Under the pieces are notes generated by a model. The model ran no database searches, was not told where the DNA came from, and saw only the letters and a program-made list of their open reading frames with translations. The translations under genes were made by a program, and so were the position numbers. Source: Diadema setosum (Eukaryota). From it: a stretch of DNA of 64,000 bases. Positions 47,045 through 60,100 of the stretch are shown one piece after another. Every line of letters begins with the position of its first letter. Within the stretch, counting starts at the first letter, position 1. Location of the stretch: NCBI RefSeq assembly GCF_964275005.1, contig NC_092698.1, forward strand, positions 24,225,037-24,289,036, written 5' to 3'.

Positions 47045-47657
47045 TTAAAGGGGAAATCCAGTCCAAATGTAAGTTAGTCTGATAAGAAAGAGTTAAATAT
47101 TACCAGTTCAATGGTATAATTTTGATTGAAATCAGATAAAGAATAGGAAGGTAATACATTTTGAAGTTTCGCTATTTTGGGGGTAAACAGTTCTGGAACA
47201 GTTAATATGAATGTGCAAATGGCAAAGTGAGCATGTCATTCCCTCACAACTTGCTATGTATTTTGTACAAAAAATGTTGAAATTTTCAGTTTTTCATTCA
47301 AATGCAAGTGTGCCCGAGGCTCATATCCTGGCATATCTAACTGACCACTACAACAATGTATTCTGAAGTTATTCAACCAGGAATAACATCATGTTTCAGA
47401 CTTCAATGACAGAAACATTTAATTTTTGCCATATTTTGTACATTATCAGTGGAAAATTGTGAGGGTATGACATGGTTAGCTCACTCATTTGCATATTCAT
47501 ATCCATTGTACAAGAACTGTTTTGCAGAAATTTGCTAAACTTCAAATGTCATAACTTCTTATTTTTTATCTTATTTCAAATTTTTACCATTGAACTCGTA
47601 AGATTTTACTCTTTTTTAATCAGACTAATTTATATTTGGACTGGATTTCCCCTTTAA
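47045..47657. mobile_element. MITE of ~610 bp with ~40-bp TIRs beginning TTAAAGGGGAAATCCAGTCC. It belongs to the same terminal family as 16301 and 56025.
   Basis: ttaaaggggaaatccagtccaaatgtaagttagtctgat at the left, and atcagactaatttatatttggactggatttcccctttaa at the right. Confidence 0.55.
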
Positions 47658-47688
47658 TGCATCGCTAGAGTACCTTACGTAGATAATA

Positions 47689-48626
47689 CAGTAAACCTCG
47701 CCTGAGTCGAAGCTCTCGGGACTGACAAAAATGCGTCGACTTAGGTGAACTTCGACTCTCGCGAGAGTCGATTTTTTTTCGACTCACAGTTATGTACATG
47801 TATTATAGTACATTTGTGTGTGTGTGTGTGTGTGTGCGTGTGTGTGTTTGCATTCAAATCTGTCTGTTCTTGAAGATAATGTTCTTATTTTGTTCTAAAT
47901 TGAACATGGAATTTGTATAAATACTAGTAGTTTAACGTAGTTCTGAGAATGTCTGCGCTGATGTGGCAATGTGCATGACATTGTGCTACAGTATGTCTAT
48001 GGTGCAACATAGGTAGCCATCTCTGTCAACCTACCCTGAGCTGAGACAAACACTCTCCCAGGCCCACTAACCCACCTCCATTGAACAAAACTACTTGAGT
48101 ATACAGCCAGCCGGGCACGCACAAACAAGCTCCGCCCACTTGGCCTGTCACTAAAATATTAAAGCAGCGATTGGTTGACCAAGGAGTTCTGGTTTGACAT
48201 AGATAAAGTATGGATGTGCTGTGTGTATGGATAAAGTATGGATCGATGTGCTGTGTGTATACATGTATCTGATACATGTGTATGTATTCGACATGCGTGC
48301 GGAGCGGTTATACGGTGAGTGTGCATGCTTACCTGCAGCAGCAGGTCAGGGACGGGGTTCTGCGACATGCCGATTTTTTTGTTCTCCTCTAAATGTAATG
48401 AGAATGACAGAGAAATCTTCTTCGGCTCAAGTGATGTAAACTACGTGTATTTCGTACAAAAGGGGCTGAAAGTTTTACTTCGACACAGCCGAAATTCGAC
48501 TCTCGTACTTCGGCTTATCCAAATATCTCTTAGAGAAAATACATAGGGAAAAATCGGGACTTTTTATTTTGCTTCGAGTTAAGTGATTTTCGACTCACTC
48601 GACGTCGACTTATCCGAGGTTTACTG
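47689..48626. mobile_element. Tc1/mariner-like non-autonomous element with a TA TSD and CAGTAAACCTCG… TIRs
   Basis: TA|cagtaaacctcgcctgagtcgaag… at the left, and …cgacttatccgaggtttactg|TA at the right. Contains a (TG)n microsatellite at 47815-47850. Confidence 0.6.
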
Positions 48627-49177
48627 TAATTCATTCTACGTCCTTAAAAGGTTTCTTTTTTTTTTCAAGTTCTAAAACACGATAGATCTCTCTCTCTCTC
48701 TCTCTCTCTCTGGTATTCACCAATGCCCAGTACAGTAATGTGATGGTAACATAAACCCTTGTTGCAGATACAAGTTTTAAAGTGCAATTATCCATGCTCT
48801 AGAAGAAAAAGGAATTAGTTTTACTATTCATTCCCCCACATAGTGTCATGATCAATTGTCACAGTGCATGGTACATGGGTGTCTGTCCATAATATTACTG
48901 AAAGGTAAATTTTCTTGAATAACTTACCCTTTATTGTGGAAATCGAGTTTTAAATGCCCATCATATGACCTACATTATATACATGTATTATAGTTGGACT
49001 TCAATGTAGAATTGTATGCCTGGTTTCTATTTATTGCTGTATTGATTGTGTATACATGTATGTTGTGGAAAGTGTGATTTTCAGTACTTGTGGACAAAGT
49101 ACGCTGTACAATAAAAACAGATCTTTACTATCACTAAACTTGCACTACAAGAGTTTTCTCTCTGTGCGTTGTGTTAA

Positions 49178-49938
49178 CCCTATTCCCACCGGAGGGGGTA
49201 TTTTGCCCCCCCCCCCCCCCCCCGACGTTTCGCGTGATTATTCCACAATGCATGATGCTCTCGCCGCGACATTTTATTACTTTTTTCTTTCAAGTATCGC
49301 GCAACTTTTGAGACCAAATTTGTTGCTCCCGGGCATACCGTTTTGAAGCCATGCCCCTTTGGAAAAAATTTGTCGACCGAAAAAATTGCTCAAAAACATG
49401 ATTTTGTGTACAAATCCAATGTAAATTGGGTTTTTGCAATTACTTTGTAATTCATATAAATATAAATATTTTTACTTTCAATGGCTGATAGTGATTTATT
49501 TTAGCCTGATTATGCTTTGAAAATTTCTGCGACAAATTTTGACAAAAAACAAAAACAAAAAAGTAAAAAAACAAAGAAATACATAAGAAATTCAATAAAC
49601 AATAAAATAAATAAGAAATAATTATGAAGCCGAATTTTTGCTTCAATATTATTGTTGAGGATATTGAAAAGAATATGTTCACCAAAAATTAGAAGTCTTG
49701 GAGCTTTGTTTTTTGATTTATAGGCAAAAACAATATTTTTGCTTAAATTAGCATAATATAAAATACATAAATTAACATTTGAAAAATATAACTATACAAT
49801 CTTGTAGATTATATTGGCCTCTACCTTAGTGCAAATTTTCACGAGGATCGCGCAATCAACGACCGAGATCTGAAGGGGGGGCCAAACCAACACCCCCCCT
49901 GTGGTTTCAAGTCCCTCAAAAAACGCGGTGGGATTAGG
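49178..49938. mobile_element. piggyBac-like MITE flanked by a TTAA TSD
   Basis: TTAA|ccctattcccaccgg at the left, and ccggtgggattaggg|TTAA at the right, a 14/15 TIR with piggyBac-type CCC…GGG termini. An internal C17-19 homopolymer is present. Confidence 0.6.
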
Positions 49939-51006
49939 GTTAAAAAGTGGACTCCTGATATGACAGTCATCGGGACTGGCAGTTCTCTTTCATTATATCA
50001 AAATGTTATAACCAAACAAATAAATAAGTTGTAATAAAAAAAATACAAAGAGTGGATAATGTTGCAGCCTGAATTTTCATTTCGTTGTAACCAGAATTTC
50101 GTTATAACCGTGATTGTTATAACAGGAGTGCATTGTACAACTACATTGTACATGTAAAACAAAATAAATGTCAAAAGGTTCCAAATCGACCAAATCAAGT
50201 TACAGAAACAGAAGATATGTATTTGATACATGTACATTTGTATATGTATTCTACTAACACATGACAATGTGCACAAAGTACAGCTGATTAACACATACAG
50301 ACAAGAAAAATAAAGAAAGGCAAGAGTAGAAGGACCAGTGAAATAAGTTAAACATGGTATTTTTTTATTTACAGACGCAAAACTGACATCGCTTCTTCTT
50401 CCATCTCTAAATCTACATCACAATGACACACAGTCCAAAATATATAGAAGGTGAGTTGATGACCAAGTCCATTTCTCTAAATTTTCTCAATTTGCAAATT
50501 GCATGATTACCATACGGCTGCAGGTATAACATTTTTACTGCCCTTTTTGCACACAAATCAAGATTTAAAAAAAAAAAAAAGTGATGGGGGACAATTCAAA
50601 CATGTACTTCATTTTCAACTTCTAACGCAGGAAAACGACAACAAAAAGTAAACAGTTTATAAATTGGCAAGGCAAATGACTTAACACGAGTCACAATTCA
50701 GAACAAAAATTGCAACATTGTTTTTCAGTTGTAAACATTTCTCAACTCCTGCTTTACAGTTTAATAATTACAATATTTCCTTCACACTACTGCTTGGGAT
50801 ACACAGACACGAGACAAGGATGTGTGTATACAAATGTATACACCTATCACAAACCTCACAGGCATCATGCCAATCACAAATTTACAATTAAAAAATCACA
50901 TTGTATCACTTTAAATATATATTGGTGAGATGATAAACTCAAAATTCTGTTTAAAAAAAAAAATCACAATTTGTTTGCACATTCAGCATTTCATAAGCAT
51001 AACGCT

Positions 51007-51041
<35 letters not shown>

Positions 51042-52272
51042 AGAGAGAAATTGTAATAAATCTCTTCTTCACTGCTTTGGTGACTGGAGGATAAATTCTG
51101 TTCTCATTCAGATGCCAATACAAAAAAAGTACAAATGCTAGCATCTCTTGCAAACACATACATGAATATATAAGATGTTTCCTCCAAATCTAGGAATCCG
51201 TGCAAAGCACATCTATCCAGGGGGGACAGTGTGAGCGGCTGCAAAAGAGATTTAAAGGGACACTTCATACTCTTTCATTTGTTGTAAACCTCAGATATGT
51301 TGCACCTTGGATGAAAAAAAAAAAGTCCCTTCTTCCACTTTCCACTCTTGCATTAGTCAAATGCAATGTACTGCTTTCCTTACAAAAAAACAAACAAACA
51401 AGGAAAAAAGAAATGTCATAATACTTATTGAGAGGGTCGACTCAGGCAAGTTTTCTAATACATGTAAAGCAAAGATGTGGGGATAATTGTATGCACAGCT
51501 GATATTTTGTCACACTTACATATATATATATATTTTCCTTTTTTTCACTCAGAAGTGACATCACAATCCCTTTTTCTTTATCCCCTCACTTGTTTTAGTG
51601 CCTGTTTTTTGACACTCATATTCATATAACGTTCATTCATGTTGATGCATTAATTACTCGCCTCCAAATGCTTCAAAAGAGCACTCAAAATAAACCGCCT
51701 TGCTATAGTAATTAATAAATTTCCCCTTTGCTGCCAGCAATTGGCATTCAAAGAAAAAAAAATAATGGGCATTCATTTCAATTGGCAGATCACAGGCTGT
51801 ATGCAATATGGCCTGCACTTTGCCTGATGCAGCAATGGCTTTGGAAGTGGCCAATCAAGGCAAGTCAAAGTTTCTCTATGTGCAATCATAATTCTGTGTG
51901 TTTCGTACTTACAGCAGAGATGCCAATTACATTGTACAATGAAAGAGAGAGCCTGAAATGCATCTACATGAAACTCATTTGTGCATCAAAACGCCTGAAC
52001 TGTCAGGGCCTGAATTCAGGCCCTGACATTGTTACAGTTCCTACAAACACTGGAAAATTTACCAATATCTAATTCTACCCTCTAAGAGTGACTCCATACT
52101 TGATAAAAAAAAAAAAAAACCCATATGATTCAGAGATATCATAAGTATTACAAGTGCAGTATATATAATACTGTATAGCCGTGTCTGGGCAAATACCCCC
52201 CCCCCCCCCCCCCCCCGAGGGCAATTACCCCCGGCTTAATACTGGCTAGTAATATTAAACGTCAGAGTAAAG

Positions 52273-52348
52273 ATTAGGGCTAGGTTTAGGTTTAGGGTAT
52301 AGAGTTTGGGTTAGGGTTAGGATTAGGTTCAGGATTAGGATTAGAGTT
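52273..52348 (+). repeat. Degenerate interstitial telomere-like (TTAGGG)n tract inside a small inverted-repeat element. A C20 homopolymer sits at 52197-52216.
   Basis: gattagggctaggtttaggtttagggtatagagtttgggttagggttaggattaggttcaggattaggattagag. It is flanked by gagggcaattacccc and ggggaaattgccc, which are inverted. Confidence 0.6.
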
Positions 52349-53799
52349 ACGGTCAGGGGAAAGGTCCGGGGAAATTGCCCAGGGCATAGTTGCCCTAGTC
52401 CCCTGTATGACATCAATGCACATGTTCTTACACAATCACATCAATTGCCAAATTAAACACAAAAATCATTGTACATCTTATATCTTTCTTGCTCTACCTT
52501 GTCACAAAAGCAGGAACTCTCATTTCTTTCAAGCAGTGCAAATAAACAGTGGGAGAAGGAAATGCCTAAATTGAGAGTTGCATGCATAGTTCTTACTGAG
52601 AATGAACAATTCCTATTCAGGGGAGAGCATTAACTATGTAATCACTTCCTCATGCAGGTGCTTGGGTTTTAAGTGCAATTCTCCATCCGCTTAACAAAGG
52701 TTTCCTTCATTGGAAGGTAATGTGTAAATGGTATGACTGCTGTACCTTCCATTCATTCAATCTACATTTCAGGTGGGGGTGGGGGGAAGCAGGAGCAATT
52801 TTGACAATCAACTTTACAACTGCAAAGTCTTGCTTTCAATAAACAGTGCGTGCTGTACATTTCCTGCCTTTACACTATGAAAACAACCTGTGCACCACAA
52901 ACGCCATCTTGACTTGGTCACTCTGCCACTTTGTAGAGTTTGGAGAAAAATACTAGCACTCATATTTACATGAAAACAGATGACTCTGGAATACATATAT
53001 TGTGTCCAATTTCTACATGTATGTACACGTTGACTGCAAAACACAGATGCAATGTCTGTTGAAACACTGATGTTCTATACTGAACTCATTCAACCTGTTC
53101 ACTTCTATTCACTCAACAAAACAAGAAGGCCCTAGCTAAAGATGAAACGTGATTTTTCATGCCATGATAAAGGCATCCTACACCCTTGGGAATATGAAAA
53201 CCACCATATGGGACAGCCCTCAAAATGCTCAAGCCTGACCACCTTTACCTGCGATAAGCCCCCAGAGATGGAACAATAACTCTGCTGAGCTTGTACGTAG
53301 TAAGTCTTTATGTAATTGCAGCTTACATCAGATTTACACTTGTATTCTTAGCAGAAAAGGACTTATGTAGAGGACTATTAAAGTGAAGACTTTGCTTGAT
53401 GGCATCAAATGACCAGCAAAAAGGTGTCCCCAGTGTTCTGGTGTAATTCACTCATTCCTGATTGCCAGAACAAATATTTAGATGTACATACATGTATGCA
53501 CTGCATGTAGTTTTTGCACAATAATGGAATACTTTTTTACGAATACGATCCTCAACTTTCACAATAAAGAGGACCTTCCATTCACTCCGGACAACCTGAC
53601 AGACATTCTCTGGTCTAGAATGCCAAAATGTTTCCTTCATTCAGACAAATCTGGAAAGTGATGCAATTAAAACTAGAACTATCACTGAAGGTGATTATTT
53701 AATACACCCATTCCAGCAGTCCACACCCCTATGGTGTCTCGCATGTACAGCCTGTATATTTACATGTACCTACACCTATATATCATACATACTAAATTT

Positions 53800-54500
53800 A
53801 ACCTTGATTGCTTGAATGCTGTGGAAGTAATATGATTTACAAAGTCTTGGTAAAATTGTGACTACCATGGCAATACTTTGTCTGGCAAACACAAAAATCA
53901 TGCATCCACATCTATACCTCAAAGCCACAATGTCAACCAAACTTGGCTTCAATAACTTCACAATTGTCGAAGTAGTTCACTCCACAAGATTTTAAAGAAA
54001 ATATGCAGTTTCCATGGCAATTCCTTGTCAGGTTACAAACATATGGAGTGTCTTGCATTAACTACAACTTAAATCATTAAACATACCAATTTTGAAATAA
54101 ATTGCTCAAATACTGTGCATTTATGTCGCTCTACAAGGTTTTGGTAAAATTGTGGTTACCATAGCAAAACTTCGTCTGACATACCATTACCATGGCAACA
54201 CTTTGTCTGGCAAACACAAAAATCAGGTCTTCCACATCTGTATCTGAATGCCATAATGTCTACCAAATTTGAAATTAATTGCTTTAATACTGTAGAAGTT
54301 GTTAGCTCCACAATGTTTTGGGAAAATTGTGGTTACCATGACAATCTCTCCAACATATACACACAAAAAAAAACATGTCTTCGTCCTGCACATCTACATC
54401 TCAATTTCATCATGAACACTAAATTTCATCTAAATTGCTTCAAAACTGTAGAGGGAGTTTTCAACACAAGATTTGCAATGGACCGCCTGAACAGATCAAC
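53800..54500. repeat. Diverged tandem repeat (~140-210-bp units, 3-4 copies)
   Basis: Recurring block …ttggtaaaattgtg(a/g)(c/t)taccatggcaa(t/c)actttgtctggcaaacacaaaaatca…catctatacctcaaagccacaatgtcaaccaaa…. Confidence 0.6.
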
Positions 54501-55520
54501 CACACATTGATTCCTATCCCCCAGGTACACTTTTGAGTATGCAGGGGTATAAAACATGCTTTTGAACCTCCATAGGAAGTTTGATGGAATGGGTGTGCGG
54601 AGAGTAGGACTCGCACACTGAAAATCTTACAAAGGGGAAACAAATTGAGGAGGAACCTTCGCAAATGTATGCAATTTCTGTGTGTAGGTACTTTTATCAA
54701 CTAGGGGTGCTTTAATTGCTGCTAAGCCTCAGCATGTCTTTGTTTCTTAAAGTCAAAGCAGCATTTGTCCCATTAAAAAATCAGCTTGCCTACAAAGATA
54801 TTCTTCAAAATCTCCTGCCAGTGATGTGTCTATTTGTTGTATAAGATTTTGAAGAAAAAGAAAAACATGCCACCCATCAATGCTGTATCACTGCTACCAC
54901 GATTTCATATCAACAACGATAGAATAAAAAGCATTCCATCAAGACTTACATATCATTTACAAGCCAGAACACCATAGAATGTGTATGACCTTGACTGCCT
55001 TCTCCAATATACATGGTGTAAACAGACTCTAACATCATTGACATATTAAATAGTACAGAAAAAAAGTGTATTTCTGCTGTCTTCAAAGATACAATGTATA
55101 GATAGAATTAAAGATGCTGGACTGAAATATCTGAGATTTGAAAATGTCATCATTCATCTTGTAAATGGCCAAGCATTTGAATGCAAAAAGCATGTGACTG
55201 AATGATTTCTGATATCAGCAGAAGTCGTCATTTCCCCTGAAAGTCTTGAGTGATTCAAACAGGCTCCTCCGTTCAGCAATCATTCAACTGTGCATGAAAA
55301 ATATTGCATAGGGCTCAAAAGCTTGTATCTTTACATACTTTTCATGGTGACACGGCTGGTAGTCTTATGCACAAATTTCCATTTTGCTTGATGATAATTG
55401 ATTTGGCAACATCCGTCCTCGTTGGCAAGTTGTTTTTGTTCTAGAGTTATTGTCTATCAATGGTCTAAGAGTGGCACCTGTTGCCAGGGGTTTCCACACA
55501 GCATCCCCAACACTGGGATC

Positions 55521-55804
55521 CACTCAGTCGTCAAAGGAGATTCCGGCGATGTGCAGGTGGGTCTTTTCATGCTTGCGTAGGATCCACTTCTCGCTGAGCG
55601 GCTTGTCGCATATGCGGCAGATGTAGGGCTTGTAGCCGGTGTGGGTGCGCTCGTGCCGCTTCATGTTGCTGCTGCTGGGGAACGTCTTGTTGCAGTATTT
55701 GCAGACAAACGGTTTCTCGCCCGTGTGCACCCGCTCATGGAGGCGCAGCTGGTTGGGCTGCTTGAAGGATTTGTTACACATAGTGCATGGGTAGGGTAGC
55801 TCTC
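55521..55804 (-). CDS. Terminal exon of the same zinc-finger gene. It adds three more C2H2 fingers (…CTMCNKSFKQPNQLRLHERVHTGEKPFVCKYCNKTFPSSSNMKRHERTHTGYKPYICRICDKPLSEKWILRKHEKTH…*)
   Basis: Acceptor tttctttacag|GAGAGC on the - strand at + coordinates 55805-55807. Phase 1 joins HTG|ELPYPC exactly. Stop at 55521-55523. Confidence 0.6.
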
Positions 55805-56024
55805 CTGTAAAGAAAGGGGGGAGTGGGATCACCAAAGCACAGTTACTTAAACATTAAAATGAGTGGCATCCTCACACTACATGTATGCAACCACCAAGAC
55901 ATCAGATACATGCCATTACTCACCCAAACCTGCCATGACATGAAATTTTGTTCAAAATCTTGATCTCTCTGACGAAGAATTTTGTGAAAGAACTGTGATC
56001 TGCTGTGTCTCACCTTTTAAAGGG

Positions 56025-56407
56025 ATCGTATGATTTTGGTTGAGACCTAACTTCGGTTTCTGACAATTTTTGGTGAGATAATGAGAAACATCTTATGAAT
56101 TGTGAAAGAGCATATAATTCCAAGAGGGATTCAATAATTTTATTTGATGAAAGTTGATTTTGAAATGGCTGTGATATCCAAAAAAGAGCAAACCTAATGC
56201 ACAGTGGGACCCTCCTTTTATTATGGTCACTTTGTTTTACTTTGTTTTTTAATGTCTCGGCCATTCCAAAATAAATTTTCATCAAATAATCATTGAATCC
56301 CTCTTGGAATGACATGCTCTTTCACAATTCATAAGATGTTTCTTGGTATTATGCACAAAGTTAAAAGCTTAATCCTCATCGCCACTAAGACTGTACCATC
56401 CCTTTAA
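56025..56407. mobile_element. Foldback MITE with TTAAAGGGAT termini, in the intron of the zinc-finger gene
   Basis: Left ttaaagggatcgtatg… and right …accatccctttaa. Internal arms gagaaacatcttatgaattgtgaaagagcat… are mirrored at 56285-56345. Confidence 0.55.
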
Positions 56408-57155
56408 AGCGTGGAGACTTTATTGTTTTTTTCCTTTCTCTTTTACATACAGGTACATATTTTAAGAACACAGAACCTTTGTTGTTATGGCCCTGTTGAC
56501 TGCATCATGTTAGGCAATATTTGGCAAAACAATAAAAAAAAGTGATGAAAGATACTTCAGACACAAAGTCAAATTTCTGTTACAGCTCACAAGTGCTTCA
56601 TCAAATCTGCTATGGACTTTGCATTACCTTTCTGTACTGCTTTTATATGTAATACAATGTAGTTCACTTGCATGTCAAACTGAAATGAGAATATCTTACC
56701 TCCTTATTTCTACCAATGCTGGGTCTGATTCTTTGTAAAAGATAATAATCTCTCACTCATTCATTTCATTTTCTTAACTCAATTTCACGAAACATACATG
56801 TACATCTACACACTTTTGCACTGAATACATGTCTCACATGTACACTTTCCGTGTGAGAGTATCAACTACGAGTACATGTTGCCCGCAAATTTTTGCACAG
56901 TTTGATAAGTTATGCACGGACAACTTCTGAAGATAATGTTCAAAATGTTATATCAAGTTAATCATTATAGGTGAGTTACAGGATCTCTACACTGTGTGTG
57001 GCATTGTGTGCATGAGGTGAGTTTCCCATTGTCTAGATCACACCCAGCACATCATACATTCACCTCAGAAGCTCAATTTGATACTGTAGGTAAGTCTGTA
57101 AGATGCACCTCTGGTGCTCTCATTTTCTTTTCTGTGTTTCGGGCCTGGGACTTAC

Positions 57156-60100
57156 CCGTATGAATCTTCTTGTGATTTTCCAGCAGCTTTGTGTCAAGAA
57201 ATTCTTTGCCACAAAGGGTGCATGGAAACCGTTCCTTCTTCACCTTGATCCCCAATCCTTCTTGCTTGGTAGTATCGGCGGGAGACGCCTCTCGCTTGGT
57301 AGCCTTTGCCTTGATGTCTTTGGAGTGAGACTGGTAGTGCCTGACAAGATGTGCTTTCTGTTTGTAAGTCCTGCCACATACAAGGCACAAAAACAGGCCA
57401 TTGTGCATATGCTCTGCCTCGTGCTCTTGCAGGGTTTCATCACTCTCAAAGTTCACCTTACAGATGGAGCAGAGCTTTGGGAGGTTGGTGTGGGTAGATG
57501 CAAAGTGCTCCTGCATGCTCTTTTCATCCTCAAACTGCTTCATACACATGGTGCACTTCACAGTCTCAGCAGTTGGGGTGAAGGAGATCGAGAGCTTCTT
57601 GAATCGGTTTGCCGGCATGGGTTTCCTCTTGATACGATTGTCCTCTGCTTCCTTCTCTGCCTCAGCCAGCTTGGCTCTCTTTGCCTCAGTACAGTATTTG
57701 CAAGAGCAGTTCCCTGTGCGGCACGTTTTGGCGAGTAATCGCTTCCTGGGCTTCCTAGTGACAGATCGAGCATCATCTTGACTGCAAACCGACTTCACCT
57801 CCATTTCATAAGCTTTGTCCACAACCTCTTGGCTTACAGTCTCATAATGCAAAAGGTCAACTACATCATCATTTTCGGAAAGAAATTCACATGAGATGAC
57901 GACTTGATCAGTAGCAGATGCCACCAAGCCAGGCTCTACCTTCTCCACACTCTGCTCTATCTTCTTGGATGCAATTTGATCATCAATCTCTACTGTCTCC
58001 TGCATTACCTGTGAGGGCTCCTGAGGTTCTTGAGGAACGCCAGCTTTGGTTAGAGGAGCAGCAGTCACTCCACCTTCGCTCATGCTCTCGGACATCTTGA
58101 GAATTTCTCCTAAGATGATGGTTGCTGTATCTTCACTTGCCTGGAGAAACGAATCAGTAATGTTTTGATCAGACAGTGGGTCACTCAGAACTGTAGGCTT
58201 TGCCCTGTTTTCCTCACTCTGTACATCCATCTGGGTGGGGAATTTGACCCTGGCAGTTTCACTAGCAGTTTGAATGCCACTCACATTATTCTGTACTGTT
58301 TGTCCAGCTTGGAGTGGTACCTTGTTGGACACTTTGGAATCTAACAATTCTCCTTCAGAGGATCTTACATCAACAGTTTCTGAGGTAGTTTCAGCAATCA
58401 AGAGTTTACCACTATCTGCATCTGTGTCCATTGGCTCTGGTTCATCACAAGCATCACAAGGCAAATGCACCACTTGACCATCAACGGATTGGGTCCCTCC
58501 ATCATCCTGCATTTCTGTCAAGCTTCCAATCTGACTCTCTTGCCCTGGTTTCTGAATGGCACCATCCCTTCCAGAAGCAAGTCTCTTGACTTTCATCTGA
58601 TCCATACCACCCTTGCTTTCAGGTACACACAGTTTACTGTCAGCCTCGAGCACTATCGAAGGATTTGCTGCCTTGCCATCAGTAGGACCGTCTCCAGCAC
58701 AACTGACCATGTGCTGCATAGCTGATGTATTTTCTTGCCCCGACAACTCAGAGAAGTGAATGACGTCTTCTGCTATCTTCTCTGCAAGATTTCCGCTAAC
58801 CTGCTCAATGATTTTTGAAACGTCCATCAACTCCTTTCTGACCTTCTGAGCTCTCTCCTCAAGGGGCATATCTTTGCCTTTTGAATCCAGTGGTGCTCTT
58901 ATTTCTGAATTTGTTTCAGTTAGCATGACAGTTTCATCTGCTCTATCAAAGTTCACTTCTTCTGATGTACCATTTCCAGCACATGTTTCATCTTCTGACT
59001 GTGCTGACTGAGATGGCAACACTGCTGAAATATTTTCATGTGGCAGTTTTAAATGTGCATCATCTATGTCCACAGCAGCTGTTGTTTTATGGCAACTGTT
59101 CAATGTACTATCTTGCATCTCTGATGCTTTAGCAAAATTACCCTCCTCGTTAAGGGATGTAGTCCCTCCTGTATCAGACTCATTTCTAATAGGTACAGTA
59201 CCAGCAGTATCAACTTGTGATGGCACTTCTTGAGAACTGTTGCAAAATGCTCCCTTTGATGCAACTTTCTCATAAACGGACCCTACAGACTCAACAGCAG
59301 ACACTGATGATATGCAAGCATTCCTGTTTTGGTCATCTGCATTCATCCTCTCAGAGATTACCACTCCTTCAGAAGAGCTGCCTAAGTTTTGTTGTTCCCT
59401 CCCTGAAACAGCATCACTTGCCACATCTATTTCACCTTCAACATCCATCTCAGCAGTTTTACCTTCATTAATATTGTCCCCTACACAAACTTTTACATTA
59501 TCAGGTGTCTCTTCTGCCTCTGTCAATGTATCCACTTTTGGTGTGTCTGTTTCTCTTTGGGCAGTTTGTTGGTCTCTACTGGAAACAGTTAAATCTACCA
59601 CAGCAGTGTCCATCACCATGTTGAAGGCATTATCAACCCTGCCTTCCTTCACTTGCTTGGAGCTGACTAAACTTGCTGCCTTATCAGCATCGCCTTCGAC
59701 AATGGACAATTCAGAATTAATGGCAGACTCTTGTTGCTTTGGGGTGGAAGAACTGGCATCATCTGGTTCTGACATATTGGTCCTGGAAGACACACCTGAA
59801 GCATCTGGAATCACTCTGTCCAAGTCACTTTGCACAGATACTTCACTTTTGTTGTGAGCTTCATCCCAAGTTTCTGAAACAGGACACACATCTTTTGCTG
59901 CTTGTTCATGGATGACTTCAGCTGGCTGATGAGTGTCCAATGTGGTGAAAGTGCAGGAGGGCACAGCTGGACCTGTATGTGCCTGCATGGACTCTGGCTC
60001 ACAGATATCAGCCTCATCACAACCCATACTGGTCGTTTCCTGATCCTCTGACATTGTCATAGTTCTTTCACTACTCTGCACTGTGTTTTGTGACACATTC

